53,359 nucleotides of DNA from a virus, in IMG/VR virus record IMGVR_UViG_3300045988_063706, positions 1-53,359 of that record; one strand, 5' to 3'. Numbering within the stretch: position 1 is the stretch's first letter; every line of letters begins with the position of its first letter. Below are positions 15,369 to 24,568 of the stretch, in pieces. The notes under the pieces were generated by a model that worked only from the letters and a program-made list of their open reading frames with translations, was not told the DNA's origin and searched no databases. Both the position numbers and the translations under genes were made by a program.

Positions 15369-16085
15369 TTAGTCGTCCTCTTCCCAGTCGTCATCCTCGT
15401 CATCGTCCTCGTCGTCCTCCTCATCGGAAGACTTCTTGGACTTCTTTGCCGGGGCTTTCTTCTTGGCGGGAGGGGCTTTCTTGGACTTGCGCTTGGGGGC
15501 GGGTTCCTCATCCTCATCCTCGTCCTCATCGTCTTCGTCCTCTTCCTCGTCCTCGTCATCATCCTCAGGCTCAGGCTTCTTCTTTGCCGGGGCTTTCTTG
15601 GCGGGAGTCTTCTTGGCGGGGGCTTTCTTCTTGGGGGCCTCCTCCTCTTCCTCCTCGTCATCGGTATCGTCCTCATCCTCATCATCGAGGTCCTCGTCCT
15701 CAACCTTGCCGCCCTTTCCGGCCTTGTAATAGTCGGAAATCTTGGCTCTGGTCTGGCCGTTGTATTCCTCCCAGAAAACCTCGATGTCGCAGACCTTTCC
15801 AATCAGCTTGTCCAGGTCAATCTTGAGTTTGCCGTCGGCTTTCATGCCGATAGCCTGGAGGAATGCCTTGAACTTCCACAGGGCCTTGTCGGCCAGAACG
15901 AACGACTCGAACACGGCGGAACCCTTGTCCTCACCCTTGGTGATTTCGAACTTGAACTGGAGCATATCGTCCCCGCCCTGAGAGGTCTTCTCCAGGATTT
16001 CGGCGACCTTTGCGGTGTGAATGCCCTCGCTCGCCTTGGTGTAACTCTCTACACCAGTAAAGTCCAGTTTCTTAACTCTTGCCAT
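15369..16085 (-). CDS. DUF669-like phage ssDNA-binding protein with a long block-polyampholyte C-terminal tail
   Basis: The N-terminal ~125 aa (GIHTAKVAEILEKTSQGGDDMLQFKFEITKGEDKGSAVFESFVLADKALWKFKAFLQAIG) fit the DUF669 pattern found beside Sak4-like ATPases. The tail alternates poly-D/E blocks with KKAPAKK blocks. Confidence 0.65.
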   Translation of the reverse strand: MARVKKLDFTGVESYTKASEGIHTAKVAEILEKTSQGGDDMLQFKFEITKGEDKGSAVFESFVLADKALWKFKAFLQAIGMKADGKLKIDLDKLIGKVCDIEVFWEEYNGQTRAKISDYYKAGKGGKVEDEDLDDEDEDDTDDEEEEEEAPKKKAPAKKTPAKKAPAKKKPEPEDDDEDEEEDEDDEDEDEDEEPAPKRKSKKAPPAKKKAPAKKSKKSSDEEDDEDDDEDDDWEEDD

Positions 16086-16100
16086 TTTGATAGTTCCTCC

Positions 16101-16298
16101 TTAAAAATTATATGTCTTAACAGATACCGAATCACACGGGAGCAGGTCCACGCACTGACGGAAAACCTTGCCCATGATTTCCGGCCCTGTCTTGACTACA
16201 CCAGAACCACGCCGAATCTCTCTGACGGTTGTAGGCTTGCCATCCTTATCACGATTGTAGATGACACCCTTTGCCCGGAATTGAACGTACTCAGCCAT
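16101..16298 (-). CDS. Hypothetical protein (65 aa)
   Basis: Packed between the ATPase and SSB genes. Confidence 0.5.
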   Translation of the reverse strand: MAEYVQFRAKGVIYNRDKDGKPTTVREIRRGSGVVKTGPEIMGKVFRQCVDLLPCDSVSVKTYNF

Positions 16299-17040
16299 CC
16301 TTTTCCCCTCCCATCAGACCGAGTTTACTGAGTTTTGCAAATGAGGGGTTTATCATGACGGCCGGAACCTTTACTTCCTTCGGGGTTTGCAGTTTGGTCC
16401 AATAATAGGGGTTCGGCCCGAGATGCGCCGCATACCGAACAACAGTCTTTTCAACCCCATCCTCAACGACCTCTTTCTTGAGGCGAGTGGTGTGGAACCC
16501 ATAGTTCGCCATTCCCTCCAGATAGGTTCGAGCGCCCTTTGTGGTGCTCGGCCTTGCGTCAGGTAGGATTTCATCCTCCATGCCCTCAATAGCGTCCATA
16601 GCCTCGTGACATGACAGGATTACCCATGTATAGAGGGAGAGTTTGTATGCGAGGCGAATGAGTTCCTCAGTCTCTGTCTTGAGGTCTCCCCACATTTGCT
16701 GAGTCATTTTCTTCTTTTTCTTGACAGCATTTTCGTCAATCCACACATTCGTGACCATGGAAAAGGTGTCCACAAAGACTGACTCGTACCCTGCGCCCTT
16801 TTCCTTAATGAGTTCCTTAAGAACCCCTTTGACGCTGTCAATGTTGTCTGCCCGGAGGCCACTGATATTCTTCTTGTTGCGAATGGTGTTGGAGCCATCA
16901 TCACCGACCTGGACATAGAGTTGCGGCTTGGGCCATGTGGAGCCGAACTCGGTTTTACCCGTGTTAGACTTACCCCATAGCACAACGAGTTTCCGCTGTC
17001 CTAAATCAGCGATATCCTTGACCCCGTCAAGATAGGCCAT
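16291..17040 (-). CDS. Sak4-like RecA-fold ATPase (AAA_24 type)
   Basis: Walker A LWGKSNTGKTEF and Walker B-like VFVDTFS. Sits in a Cas4-nuclease / ATPase / SSB recombination module. Confidence 0.75.
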   Translation of the reverse strand: MAYLDGVKDIADLGQRKLVVLWGKSNTGKTEFGSTWPKPQLYVQVGDDGSNTIRNKKNISGLRADNIDSVKGVLKELIKEKGAGYESVFVDTFSMVTNVWIDENAVKKKKKMTQQMWGDLKTETEELIRLAYKLSLYTWVILSCHEAMDAIEGMEDEILPDARPSTTKGARTYLEGMANYGFHTTRLKKEVVEDGVEKTVVRYAAHLGPNPYYWTKLQTPKEVKVPAVMINPSFAKLSKLGLMGGEKDG

Positions 17041-17053
17041 TTATACCCCTCCT

Positions 17054-18097
17054 TTAGAATGGCTCTTCAACGTGTGCTTTATAGTACTCTGAGAAGAATG
17101 GGTCATAGGCCCTGCGCTCCTCATTCACTATATCCGGCCGAGGCTCAATAGTAAAGTTCCTCTCCATGAGATGCTCAAGGTTGCCCCCGGTGAGTTGTGC
17201 ATAGCAGATGTCACGATACTGACAGAAACTGCAATTTCGGGTCATGTTCTTGGTCTTGTTCTTTGCCCCGTACTTTGCTATCAGTTTTGCTTGAAACATA
17301 AAGCCGTCCCACGTGCCCTCCACCATTTGAGGGTCATACTCCTGTTCAACCCGAAAGAAGAACGCCGGTATATTCCCACGGAACTCCTCAGCCCTTGCAA
17401 GGGTTTCCTCATCGGTTATCCCATGCTCTTTACAGGCCCGGAGCCACGAATAGGGGGTTATCTGCTGATGCTTTGCCTCAGAAAATCGCTTGGACTTTTC
17501 CAGCCATACAGGTTGAGGGGCCGGACTGCTATGGATATAATCCCAGATTACCGACTTCGGTAAAATGCCGTATAAAATTTGAACCGCTTTCGCATAGAGA
17601 TTTTTCTGAATGTTCATGACGAGGGTATTGCTATCCGGTCGTCTGTTGAATGTTTTGTGCTCTCCAACTTTCAGAAACTTCTCTCCTGTACTGCGGCTCT
17701 TGCGCTTGTAGAGTTCATCAATCTTACCCTTGAAAACATAGGGTTCGCCCCTATGCTCAAACATAGGCAACTCGAACTCTTGCTCAGTTATGCTCGGAAC
17801 TGGGGCTTCCTTGTAGATGCGCCGGTAGTCGGCAAAAATACTGAACAGGTCCTCAAGGTAGTTTTCACCGAGTTCTGATTGCCATTGAGGGGGGATTTCG
17901 TAGTAGGTGTCACGAATGGTTTCCTTTGCCTCTTTGAGTGCTTTCTTGTCGTGCCTGACCTCAAGCAACTTGTGAAAGTCCGTACCGAAATACAACGGCC
18001 TTTGAGGTTTTGCAGGGCGCACCCCTAACTCATACCCGAGGAAATGTGCAAATGGGCATGACATCCAGGAGGCAACTCTTGAATAAGATATGTTCAT
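17054..18097 (-). CDS. PD-(D/E)XK nuclease, Cas4/RecB-like with an Fe-S cysteine set
   Basis: GKIDELYK (D-E-x-K), an N-terminal Cys (WMSCPF) and a C-terminal CSFCQYRDIC. Confidence 0.8.
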   Translation of the reverse strand: MNISYSRVASWMSCPFAHFLGYELGVRPAKPQRPLYFGTDFHKLLEVRHDKKALKEAKETIRDTYYEIPPQWQSELGENYLEDLFSIFADYRRIYKEAPVPSITEQEFELPMFEHRGEPYVFKGKIDELYKRKSRSTGEKFLKVGEHKTFNRRPDSNTLVMNIQKNLYAKAVQILYGILPKSVIWDYIHSSPAPQPVWLEKSKRFSEAKHQQITPYSWLRACKEHGITDEETLARAEEFRGNIPAFFFRVEQEYDPQMVEGTWDGFMFQAKLIAKYGAKNKTKNMTRNCSFCQYRDICYAQLTGGNLEHLMERNFTIEPRPDIVNEERRAYDPFFSEYYKAHVEEPF

Positions 18098-18208
18098 TCC
18101 TTACCTCCTTTCTTTGTGGTTTCCTCTCCTCTGCGTTTACACGGGCTTGGAACCGTTGAGCCGTGGCTCAGCCGCATTAGAGGAGCCGGGTTTCCCCGGC
18201 GAGGCGGA

Positions 18209-18682
18209 TTACTCCTCCTCTTCGTACTCCTCGTCATCGTCTTCCTCTTCGTCCTCCTCAGGCTTGGGCTGAGGCTTCTTGGCGGGCTTCTTCTTGCCCT
18301 TGGACTTCTTGGCAGGGCGGGGAGGCTCTTCCTCCTCATCCTCTTCATCCTCGTCTTCCTCGACCTCGGCGGCCTTGGCCTTTGCCTTGGTCTTGGACTT
18401 CTTGTCCTCAGTCTTCTTGGACTTCTTCTTGGAAGTCTTGGCCTGAGCGCCGGAGGGCTCATAGGAGCCGTCATCCTCGGTGATATAGTTTGCGAAACGG
18501 TCCTGCTTCGCCTTGGGCTCAACCTGCTTGCCGGTCTTGCGACTGAACTTCGCCTTTCCGATGCGGGTCTCCAGAGTGACAGTGTTCTTGTCGGCGGCGA
18601 GGACTTCCTTAACGCCGACGGCGATACCCGTGAACATATGCAGAATAACGGTGTCGCCCTTTTTCAGATTAGCCAGACTCAT
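18209..18682 (-). CDS. Hypothetical early protein with a block-polyampholyte C-terminal tail
   Basis: First gene after the promoter at 18758..18786. A folded-looking ~70-aa N-terminus, then K-rich and D/E-rich alternating blocks (KKKSKKTEDKKSKTKAKAKAA / EVEEDEDEEDEEEE / PAKKSKGKKKPAKKPQPKP / EEDEEEDDDEEYEEEE). Confidence 0.65.
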   Translation of the reverse strand: MSLANLKKGDTVILHMFTGIAVGVKEVLAADKNTVTLETRIGKAKFSRKTGKQVEPKAKQDRFANYITEDDGSYEPSGAQAKTSKKKSKKTEDKKSKTKAKAKAAEVEEDEDEEDEEEEPPRPAKKSKGKKKPAKKPQPKPEEDEEEDDDEEYEEEE

Positions 18683-18757
18683 TGATTATTCCTCCTTAAA
18701 TTCATTTTGTTTCATAAGTATGGCCGGAGTTGGTGGGGTTTCACCGCCTCCACGCTT

Positions 18758-18786
18758 ATACTACCACAATCCAGCGCAGATTGCAA
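18758..18786 (-). promoter_or_regulatory. Sigma-A-type promoter (conserved family)
   Basis: Minus strand reads TTGCAA, 17 nt (ending TTGTGG), TAGTAT. Confidence 0.65.
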
Positions 18787-18822
18787 CCCCTTTTTGCAAA
18801 ATTTTATAAAAAATTTTTGCGC

Positions 18823-20535
18823 TCAATGCGTACCCCATGGGCCGACCCCTATATCACAGTCAAGCGGCACTTTCAGTTCGACGCCGAAAGTGTCCATAGC
18901 GGCGGGGTGAAGCATTATCCGTCGAATTTCATCGACAATCCAGTCTTTGCATTCCTCAGGGAATTCACCGAGGATGGAGTCATGCACAGTCCCAACGATT
19001 TTCAGGCCCTCTCCCTTGAGTTCCTTGTGGATTTGCGTGGCGGCTGATATGAGCAGGTCTGACCCCGTACCTTGTACCGGCGTATTGATTGCTCGTCTCT
19101 CCGCTGAGGCCTTTTCCCACTTATTCGCAGAGTATATCAGCGGGAGTTTACGGAAACGCCCGAACTTATTATAGACCCCGCCCATAGCCTCACAGAGTAG
19201 GGCTTGCTCATGATGCCATGGTAACAGACGGGAATATTTTGCGAAAAACTTTTCCCGAAACTCAGTCGCCTCAGCGAGTGTGAAGATTACTCCATAGGAG
19301 TTATATGCGTAGTCAACGAATTTCTTTGCCAGCATACCATAGAGGAACCCGAAATTCACGGCTTTTGCCTTGCCTCGCTCCTCCTTTGTAGGCTCTCTCC
19401 CCCCGGTCATGAGTTTCGCCGTAGTGGTATGAATGTCGCCTCCATGCAGATAAATGTCCAGCATGGTCTTATCATTCGCATAATCGGCCGCTATCCGTAG
19501 CTCCAATTGAGAATAGTCAGCCTCAAAGAACAGCCTCCCCGGAGGGGCCTTGTAAATGGCTCTCACGTCCTTTGTGCGAGGCACTTGCTGGAGGTTTGGG
19601 TTTTGGCATGAGGTTCGTCCTGATACCACGTTGGTCAGGTTGAACGACGGGTGAATGCGCTTGTCAGGACCGAGGTCTCCCTCCCAGCGGTTGAGGAACA
19701 TTTTGTTCAGGGTATTCGCCGCCTTATAGTCCAGGATGAGTTGAGGCAGTTTATGGCCCTTTGCCGCAAGCCGTTTGAGGACAGCGGCGTCCGCTGAGGG
19801 TTTGCCGGTTTTCTTTGACTTCTTGAGTATGGGCAAGCCCTCTTTGTCGAATAGGACCTCTGCTACTTGCCCCGAACTGTTCCAGTTGATATCATACCTT
19901 GACTTGAGTTGTGCAAGGCAGTCTTTCTCAATCTTTGCATATTTCTTTTGGCATTCATGCAGAGCAGGAATATCCACATAGGCCCCATTCCGCTCGACGT
20001 CACGATACATGAGATAGGCAGGGCGCAACAACTCACGATAGATTTTCATTTGTACGTCCGTCATCTTCTCAAAAAAGAACTGAAAGAGTTCCCATGTATA
20101 GCGCACGTCTTTTCGCAGATATGGGCGAATGCTTTTTGACTTGCCGTTGGTCTTCTCTTTCTTTGAGATATCCCAGTCAGGGACCCCGAGGTACACTTGC
20201 GCCATCTTTTTCAGGCCATGCTCAGCGGCGAGGTCATAGGCCGTACCCATCAGCATGACGTCATCGTGAATGGGCAATTTGATTCCGAACTTTGCCTCGA
20301 TGAACAGAGTATCAAATTTACCGTTCTGGAATATAGTTTTCATCTTATCCGAGCGCATACGCTCAACCGCTTGCATAAAGGCTTTCACATCTGAATGAGA
20401 AGCCATATTGAACGTCTTTATCTTGCATTCGGAATTGACGTCTTCTGCCAGCCCTATTCCAATCCACGTTATCTCGTCCTTGAACCGATTGAGACCGGTG
20501 GTTTCGATATCTATGGTTGCATACTTGTATTTCAT
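18823..20535 (-). CDS. Family A DNA polymerase with a 3'-5' exonuclease domain
   Basis: ATIDIETTGL (Exo I), SCQNPNLQQVPR, ADYSQLELRI (motif A), RGKAKAVNFGFLYGM (motif B), VHDSIL (motif C). Confidence 0.95.
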   Translation of the reverse strand: MKYKYATIDIETTGLNRFKDEITWIGIGLAEDVNSECKIKTFNMASHSDVKAFMQAVERMRSDKMKTIFQNGKFDTLFIEAKFGIKLPIHDDVMLMGTAYDLAAEHGLKKMAQVYLGVPDWDISKKEKTNGKSKSIRPYLRKDVRYTWELFQFFFEKMTDVQMKIYRELLRPAYLMYRDVERNGAYVDIPALHECQKKYAKIEKDCLAQLKSRYDINWNSSGQVAEVLFDKEGLPILKKSKKTGKPSADAAVLKRLAAKGHKLPQLILDYKAANTLNKMFLNRWEGDLGPDKRIHPSFNLTNVVSGRTSCQNPNLQQVPRTKDVRAIYKAPPGRLFFEADYSQLELRIAADYANDKTMLDIYLHGGDIHTTTAKLMTGGREPTKEERGKAKAVNFGFLYGMLAKKFVDYAYNSYGVIFTLAEATEFREKFFAKYSRLLPWHHEQALLCEAMGGVYNKFGRFRKLPLIYSANKWEKASAERRAINTPVQGTGSDLLISAATQIHKELKGEGLKIVGTVHDSILGEFPEECKDWIVDEIRRIMLHPAAMDTFGVELKVPLDCDIGVGPWGTH

Positions 20536-20951
20536 AGCGATATGTCCTCCGGGTCTTTGAAGTTGCCGTTATCGTCAAAGAGTGCATTGTACCACGCCTC
20601 AACGTCAATACCGGCCTCTTTCAATTTATATCGCTCAGGGTACAGGTCATCAATCTCGTAGAACTTCCTCATCTCCATGTGGTGTCTAAACATACGGACA
20701 TAGAAGTCTTTGCACCGTTTAGGCCCCCATCCATACTCATGATGCAGGGTAGACAGCACCATGGAATCAACGTCCAGAGTGAACCGCTTGTCTGCCTCTA
20801 AGAGTTGAGCATTGATTTCCCTGTTCATAGCGGCCTTTCCAGGCCCCTTGAGAGCGGCTTTCACCATCTCAGCTCCGGTTACAGTGTAAACCGGCTCTTT
20901 CTTTGGAATAAGCCCCTTTCTCTCCATTTCTCTTCGTTGCCGTCTGTTCAT
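20532..20951 (-). CDS. Hypothetical protein (139 aa)
   Basis: 4-nt overlap with the polymerase start. No motif recognised. Confidence 0.6.
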   Translation of the reverse strand: MNRRQRREMERKGLIPKKEPVYTVTGAEMVKAALKGPGKAAMNREINAQLLEADKRFTLDVDSMVLSTLHHEYGWGPKRCKDFYVRMFRHHMEMRKFYEIDDLYPERYKLKEAGIDVEAWYNALFDDNGNFKDPEDISL

Positions 20952-21322
20952 GCACCATACCCTCCTCCGGCCTTGCTATGGTTGGAACAGGAGTCCCATC
21001 GGTGACAATGCGCCCCAGTCTTTCGGCATATTCCAAAAGCCTTGTTCGCATTCGCACTCTGATTGAATGAAGTGCAGGTATCACAAATCCCGAGGGACAG
21101 ACAACCTTTCGCACCGAAATAGTCTGACAGTTGGGTCAAAAGTTTTCGGGCCTCAGAATATCTGATTTTCCTCTCGTTAGGTTTGCCCTTTGCAAGTGTG
21201 ATACCTGCATTCGGCTTTTCCTCTATTTTATCGTCCATGAGTTTGCCCATCACTATGAGTAGGGCTTCGAGGTCGCTTATCTTGCACCCCTTGTCCTCAT
21301 TGAGCGTTGTTATCCGCTTCAT
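20948..21322 (-). CDS. Hypothetical Cys-rich protein (124 aa)
   Basis: CLSLGICDTCTSF...GICRKTGAHCHRWDSC. Coupled to the neighbouring genes. Confidence 0.55.
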   Translation of the reverse strand: MKRITTLNEDKGCKISDLEALLIVMGKLMDDKIEEKPNAGITLAKGKPNERKIRYSEARKLLTQLSDYFGAKGCLSLGICDTCTSFNQSANANKAFGICRKTGAHCHRWDSCSNHSKAGGGYGA

Positions 21323-21326
21323 AGGG

Positions 21327-21503
21327 TTATACCCTCAGAGCGTCTGCGAGCCGCTTCACGGCCTCCTGATGGTCCGCAGGAGAGAGGGCCATGGTATTCA
21401 ACTCCTGACGATACGAGTTGTAAACCGTGTAATTCCCTTTCGTTGTGGAACCCTTTGCGGCCTTGATGAGACGCTCAGCGCACTCAGGGAGTTTCGTTTT
21501 CAT
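21327..21503 (-). CDS. Small hypothetical protein (58 aa)
   Basis: Not in the track. ATGA overlap with the upstream stop. MKTKLPECAERLIKAAKGSTTKGNYTVYNSYRQELNTMALSPADHQEAVKRLADALRV. Confidence 0.45.
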   Translation of the reverse strand: MKTKLPECAERLIKAAKGSTTKGNYTVYNSYRQELNTMALSPADHQEAVKRLADALRV

Positions 21504-21826
21504 ACTTGTTTCTCCTTTCCATCAGCACAGAAGAAGTCAGGCTCCCTCTGTTTCTTATCCAGTTCGCACAAGCATTTGAACTCAGGCTTATATGAATTTT
21601 TCTTGCGATACCGCTTGTAATGAGCGCATTCTTTACAGTGGATGACCTTTTGGATATCAGCCGTATCAAGGTCCGGAAAGACCCATCCGCTGAGCCGCTG
21701 GATTTCGTTAGCGGCCTCGCAGTAAAGAACCTTTTTGCCGCCCACTGTAAAACTGCCCTCAGGGAATTTATGGGCTTTTGCCCGGAGCATTTTTGCACAG
21801 GCGAGGAGAATTTGTTTCAGGTTCAT
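21500..21826 (-). CDS. Hypothetical Cys-containing protein (108 aa)
   Basis: CKECAHYKRY...CLCELD...FFC. Preferred over the overlapping frame 21484..21798. Confidence 0.55.
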   Translation of the reverse strand: MNLKQILLACAKMLRAKAHKFPEGSFTVGGKKVLYCEAANEIQRLSGWVFPDLDTADIQKVIHCKECAHYKRYRKKNSYKPEFKCLCELDKKQREPDFFCADGKEKQV

Positions 21827-21830
21827 AGTC

Positions 21831-23783
21831 TTACTCCTTTTTACTCCTCTTGACGAGTTCCTTAGTAGTTACTCCAATCCAGATAGGTTCACGGGTTCTG
21901 GACTTGTCTCTGCCCTCATGGAAACCGAGGGAACGCATATTTCTCATGAAGCCGTGCTTCTTATGGCTCTCCCGGCCGGACGCATTACAGAATTCGAAAT
22001 ACGCCGAGTAGAGTTCCTCTTTCCGTATGCTATACTCCGGCCCGGTTGCACACTTTTTCTTGATGAATGCGTGGATGCTATCAGAGTCCTGACGCAAGCC
22101 CTCAACCATGCGATTACTCACACGAGTTCTCGGGATTTCCTGCATGGGCAACAGGCTCAGCAAATACGGGATAATCTCGCAAACACTTTCCTCTGAGCAC
22201 AGGTCATCAACATACTCGTTATTGAGGAAAAGTTCGTTATTCATGTAGAGAATTCTCATACGCTTATAGAACGCATTTGATTTCTCCTCCAACTGGAGCG
22301 GAAGTTGGTTAAATGAGAAAATCAGTTTACAGAATGGCACAAAGAAGAACGGTTCTTTACCTTTCTTTTCGTGCATAATCAGGTCTCCGCCGGTGATTTT
22401 CTTGAGGTTCTCAATGCTGGATAGCGGGAGCGAGCCATTATCGCCGCACGAGTTGAGCAACCTGTTATAGAGTTGCGACGGATAGAACCGATGACTCAAT
22501 TCGTGCATACTCAGGGCGGAGGTATTCTCATGCCCTATCATGGTCTCAATGAACCGTAAAAGAACCGACTTTCCCGTGTTGGACTGCCCACATAAAATCA
22601 TAAAGGTCTTGAGGCCATGGTCCAGCGTCAAGCAGTATGCCATATAGTCCAATATCATCTTGACGTCCTCTTTTGCGAGCCGGGTTTTCTTGAAGAACTG
22701 ATATAGCCGGGTCTCCGTGAATGGCTTATACAGGCCGACCTCATGCGGGATTTGCAGGGTCTGGAGGTACTTGCTATCATGAGGAATGAGTTTGGCTTGC
22801 TGGATGTCCCATACCCCATTCTTAAAATTGATGAGGTTCTTATCCCGGTTGAGTTCGCTCGGGTCCTTTTGGATACGAGTGTCATCGACTATGAGCCGAT
22901 ATACCTCCATTATACGGGCCTGAGTGATGAAACTGTCCAGCATAATCATTTCACGAATGGTATTTCGCACAGAACTGGAGGCCTCTACATACACACCGTC
23001 CCGGTACTGGAAGCACTCCCCTCCAAGAACAAACGTGTCACCACGGTTCACAAAGTAGTCACAAATAGCACGAGCATTGATATTCGTTGGATTGCCCTTG
23101 CTATTGTAAATGAGATACGGGTTTTCCCCTTGCTCAGCCGCTTCATATTTACGAGTGTTCCGCAGGATTTTCTCGAGTTCTGCCTCAGCCATGGGGTCTT
23201 CAAAGACGACCTCGTTTATGACGTGAGCCATTTCCTCAATCTGTTCCTCGGACGCACCCCGGTTCTTGTATGCCATCAGGTGAGCGAAAAGGGTAGCATT
23301 CCGGCCGTCACCATTTTTCAACCCGAGGAGGCTTTCCTTTCGGTTTATCATCGGGGTGAATTCGAGCGGTAACTCTGCAACCGTTTTCCGCTTATTGAAG
23401 CGACGGTTCTCTGTACCCCATGGGAGGAGGACGTACCCCTTATTCGCACAACGAAAGTCGCACTTCAAGCCACAGGGCAAAACCATTCCCACTCGCTGAG
23501 GAAACTCCTTATCTGTCTTAAAGTACAGATGGAGGCCTTTTGGGGTCTTGCACATGAGAGTCTTGAGACCGAGCCGCTTTACAATTTCAAGGGCTTGCTC
23601 CTTACCCTCATCAATGTCTACGACAATATACCCGGACCGCACCCACCATCCAATCTGACCTCCGGCGAAAACATGGGCCTCAGCCGCCTTGAGGCTTACA
23701 ATGGCAGAGTCAATCCGTTTCTTGTCAGAACAGCGGACATACGAATCTTGTCCAATGAGAGAGTCAAACTCCTGCAACTTCAA
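21831..23783 (-). CDS. Bifunctional primase-polymerase / SF3 (D5/P4-type) replicative helicase
   Basis: Prim-pol motifs YIVVDIDEG and TPKGLHLYF. C-terminal P-loop LCGQSNTGKSVL with the flanking D5_N/P4-primase-like region. Confidence 0.85.
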   Translation of the reverse strand: MKLQEFDSLIGQDSYVRCSDKKRIDSAIVSLKAAEAHVFAGGQIGWWVRSGYIVVDIDEGKEQALEIVKRLGLKTLMCKTPKGLHLYFKTDKEFPQRVGMVLPCGLKCDFRCANKGYVLLPWGTENRRFNKRKTVAELPLEFTPMINRKESLLGLKNGDGRNATLFAHLMAYKNRGASEEQIEEMAHVINEVVFEDPMAEAELEKILRNTRKYEAAEQGENPYLIYNSKGNPTNINARAICDYFVNRGDTFVLGGECFQYRDGVYVEASSSVRNTIREMIMLDSFITQARIMEVYRLIVDDTRIQKDPSELNRDKNLINFKNGVWDIQQAKLIPHDSKYLQTLQIPHEVGLYKPFTETRLYQFFKKTRLAKEDVKMILDYMAYCLTLDHGLKTFMILCGQSNTGKSVLLRFIETMIGHENTSALSMHELSHRFYPSQLYNRLLNSCGDNGSLPLSSIENLKKITGGDLIMHEKKGKEPFFFVPFCKLIFSFNQLPLQLEEKSNAFYKRMRILYMNNELFLNNEYVDDLCSEESVCEIIPYLLSLLPMQEIPRTRVSNRMVEGLRQDSDSIHAFIKKKCATGPEYSIRKEELYSAYFEFCNASGRESHKKHGFMRNMRSLGFHEGRDKSRTREPIWIGVTTKELVKRSKKE

Positions 23784-23802
23784 GGGTCACCCCTCCTTTC
23801 GG

Positions 23803-24252
23803 TTATTTCTTAGGAGTAAACCCTTTATATCCGGGTTCGGCTTTACAGGAGACACAAGGCAGAGCGTTCGGGTCAGGCCCATCATACAGGCACAAATGAC
23901 AGGGAGCGTCAGGGACGACTCTATCTGTCATAGTGACCTGTTGCGTGTCCCCCTGCAACCAGCGCACAAGTCGGTCGCCCTTACGAGCCGCCGCCTCAAC
24001 GATTTCCTCGTCCGAGATATTGAAAATGGCTTGCACATGGTCCAGGGCATTGAACACGTCCCCGCACTCTTCCAGCACCTTGTTTCTGAGGCTTTGAATG
24101 GCTTCCTCATGGGTATCAAACCGAGGGTATTTTGTCAGGACGCATGAGAGTTCATTCAGTTCCTCAACGGACACCAGCACTTGATTGACGTTTCCGTACC
24201 GCTGTCTCGCTGAGGCAAGGGCTTTTCGTGTTCTGTCGAATAACGCTTGCAT
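23803..24252 (-). CDS. MazG-like nucleoside triphosphate pyrophosphohydrolase with a C-terminal Cys4 ribbon
   Basis: SVEELNEL ... VLEECGDVFNAL (EExxE...EExGD metal-binding pattern). PCHLC...PCVSC at the C-terminus. Confidence 0.6.
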   Translation of the reverse strand: MQALFDRTRKALASARQRYGNVNQVLVSVEELNELSCVLTKYPRFDTHEEAIQSLRNKVLEECGDVFNALDHVQAIFNISDEEIVEAAARKGDRLVRWLQGDTQQVTMTDRVVPDAPCHLCLYDGPDPNALPCVSCKAEPGYKGFTPKK

Positions 24253-24567
24253 TCAATCCAATCCACCTTTCAAAAGTTTACTCCATATTCGTTTGATGCG
24301 GTTTAGGTTCTTTTTCCGAACCCTTGCCGTCTTGCCGTGCTTTGACAAGTATAACACACGGGGCGGGACTATGCAAGCACTAATTTTGTTCCATGCTTTT
24401 ACGATTGTATGGACAATATCTTTGACAATGTCAATCAGCACTTCAAAGACCGCTTTAATATTGTCCATACACGACTCCACGGCGGACCTCAGGTCGTCCA
24501 AGGCGGACATGAACTCCTGACGACGTGCAAACTCCTCGTCGTAGGGTACAAGGCTCACACATCCCAT
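24253..24567 (-). CDS. Hypothetical protein (104 aa)
   Basis: Abuts the MazG-like start. No motif recognised. Confidence 0.55.
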   Translation of the reverse strand: MGCVSLVPYDEEFARRQEFMSALDDLRSAVESCMDNIKAVFEVLIDIVKDIVHTIVKAWNKISACIVPPRVLYLSKHGKTARVRKKNLNRIKRIWSKLLKGGLD

Positions 24568-24568
24568 C

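Noticed and set aside
15009-16331. 440-aa plus-strand ORF, together with 15308..15802, 15436..15729 and 15446..15826
   Set aside because: These are alternative frames of the GT-like and SSB-like genes. Their Arg/Ser/Leu/Pro-rich translations mirror the GAN/AAR repeats that encode the acidic/Lys tail. The same applies to 18094..18522 and 18116..18685 over the tail of 18209..18682.
24231-24240. Exact Spo0A 0A-box heptamers (TGTCGAA), for example near 12750, 19845, 24234 and 32488
   Set aside because: All the ones I noticed lie inside coding sequence. Their number is about what chance predicts for a 7-mer in 53 kb on two strands, so I did not call them binding sites.
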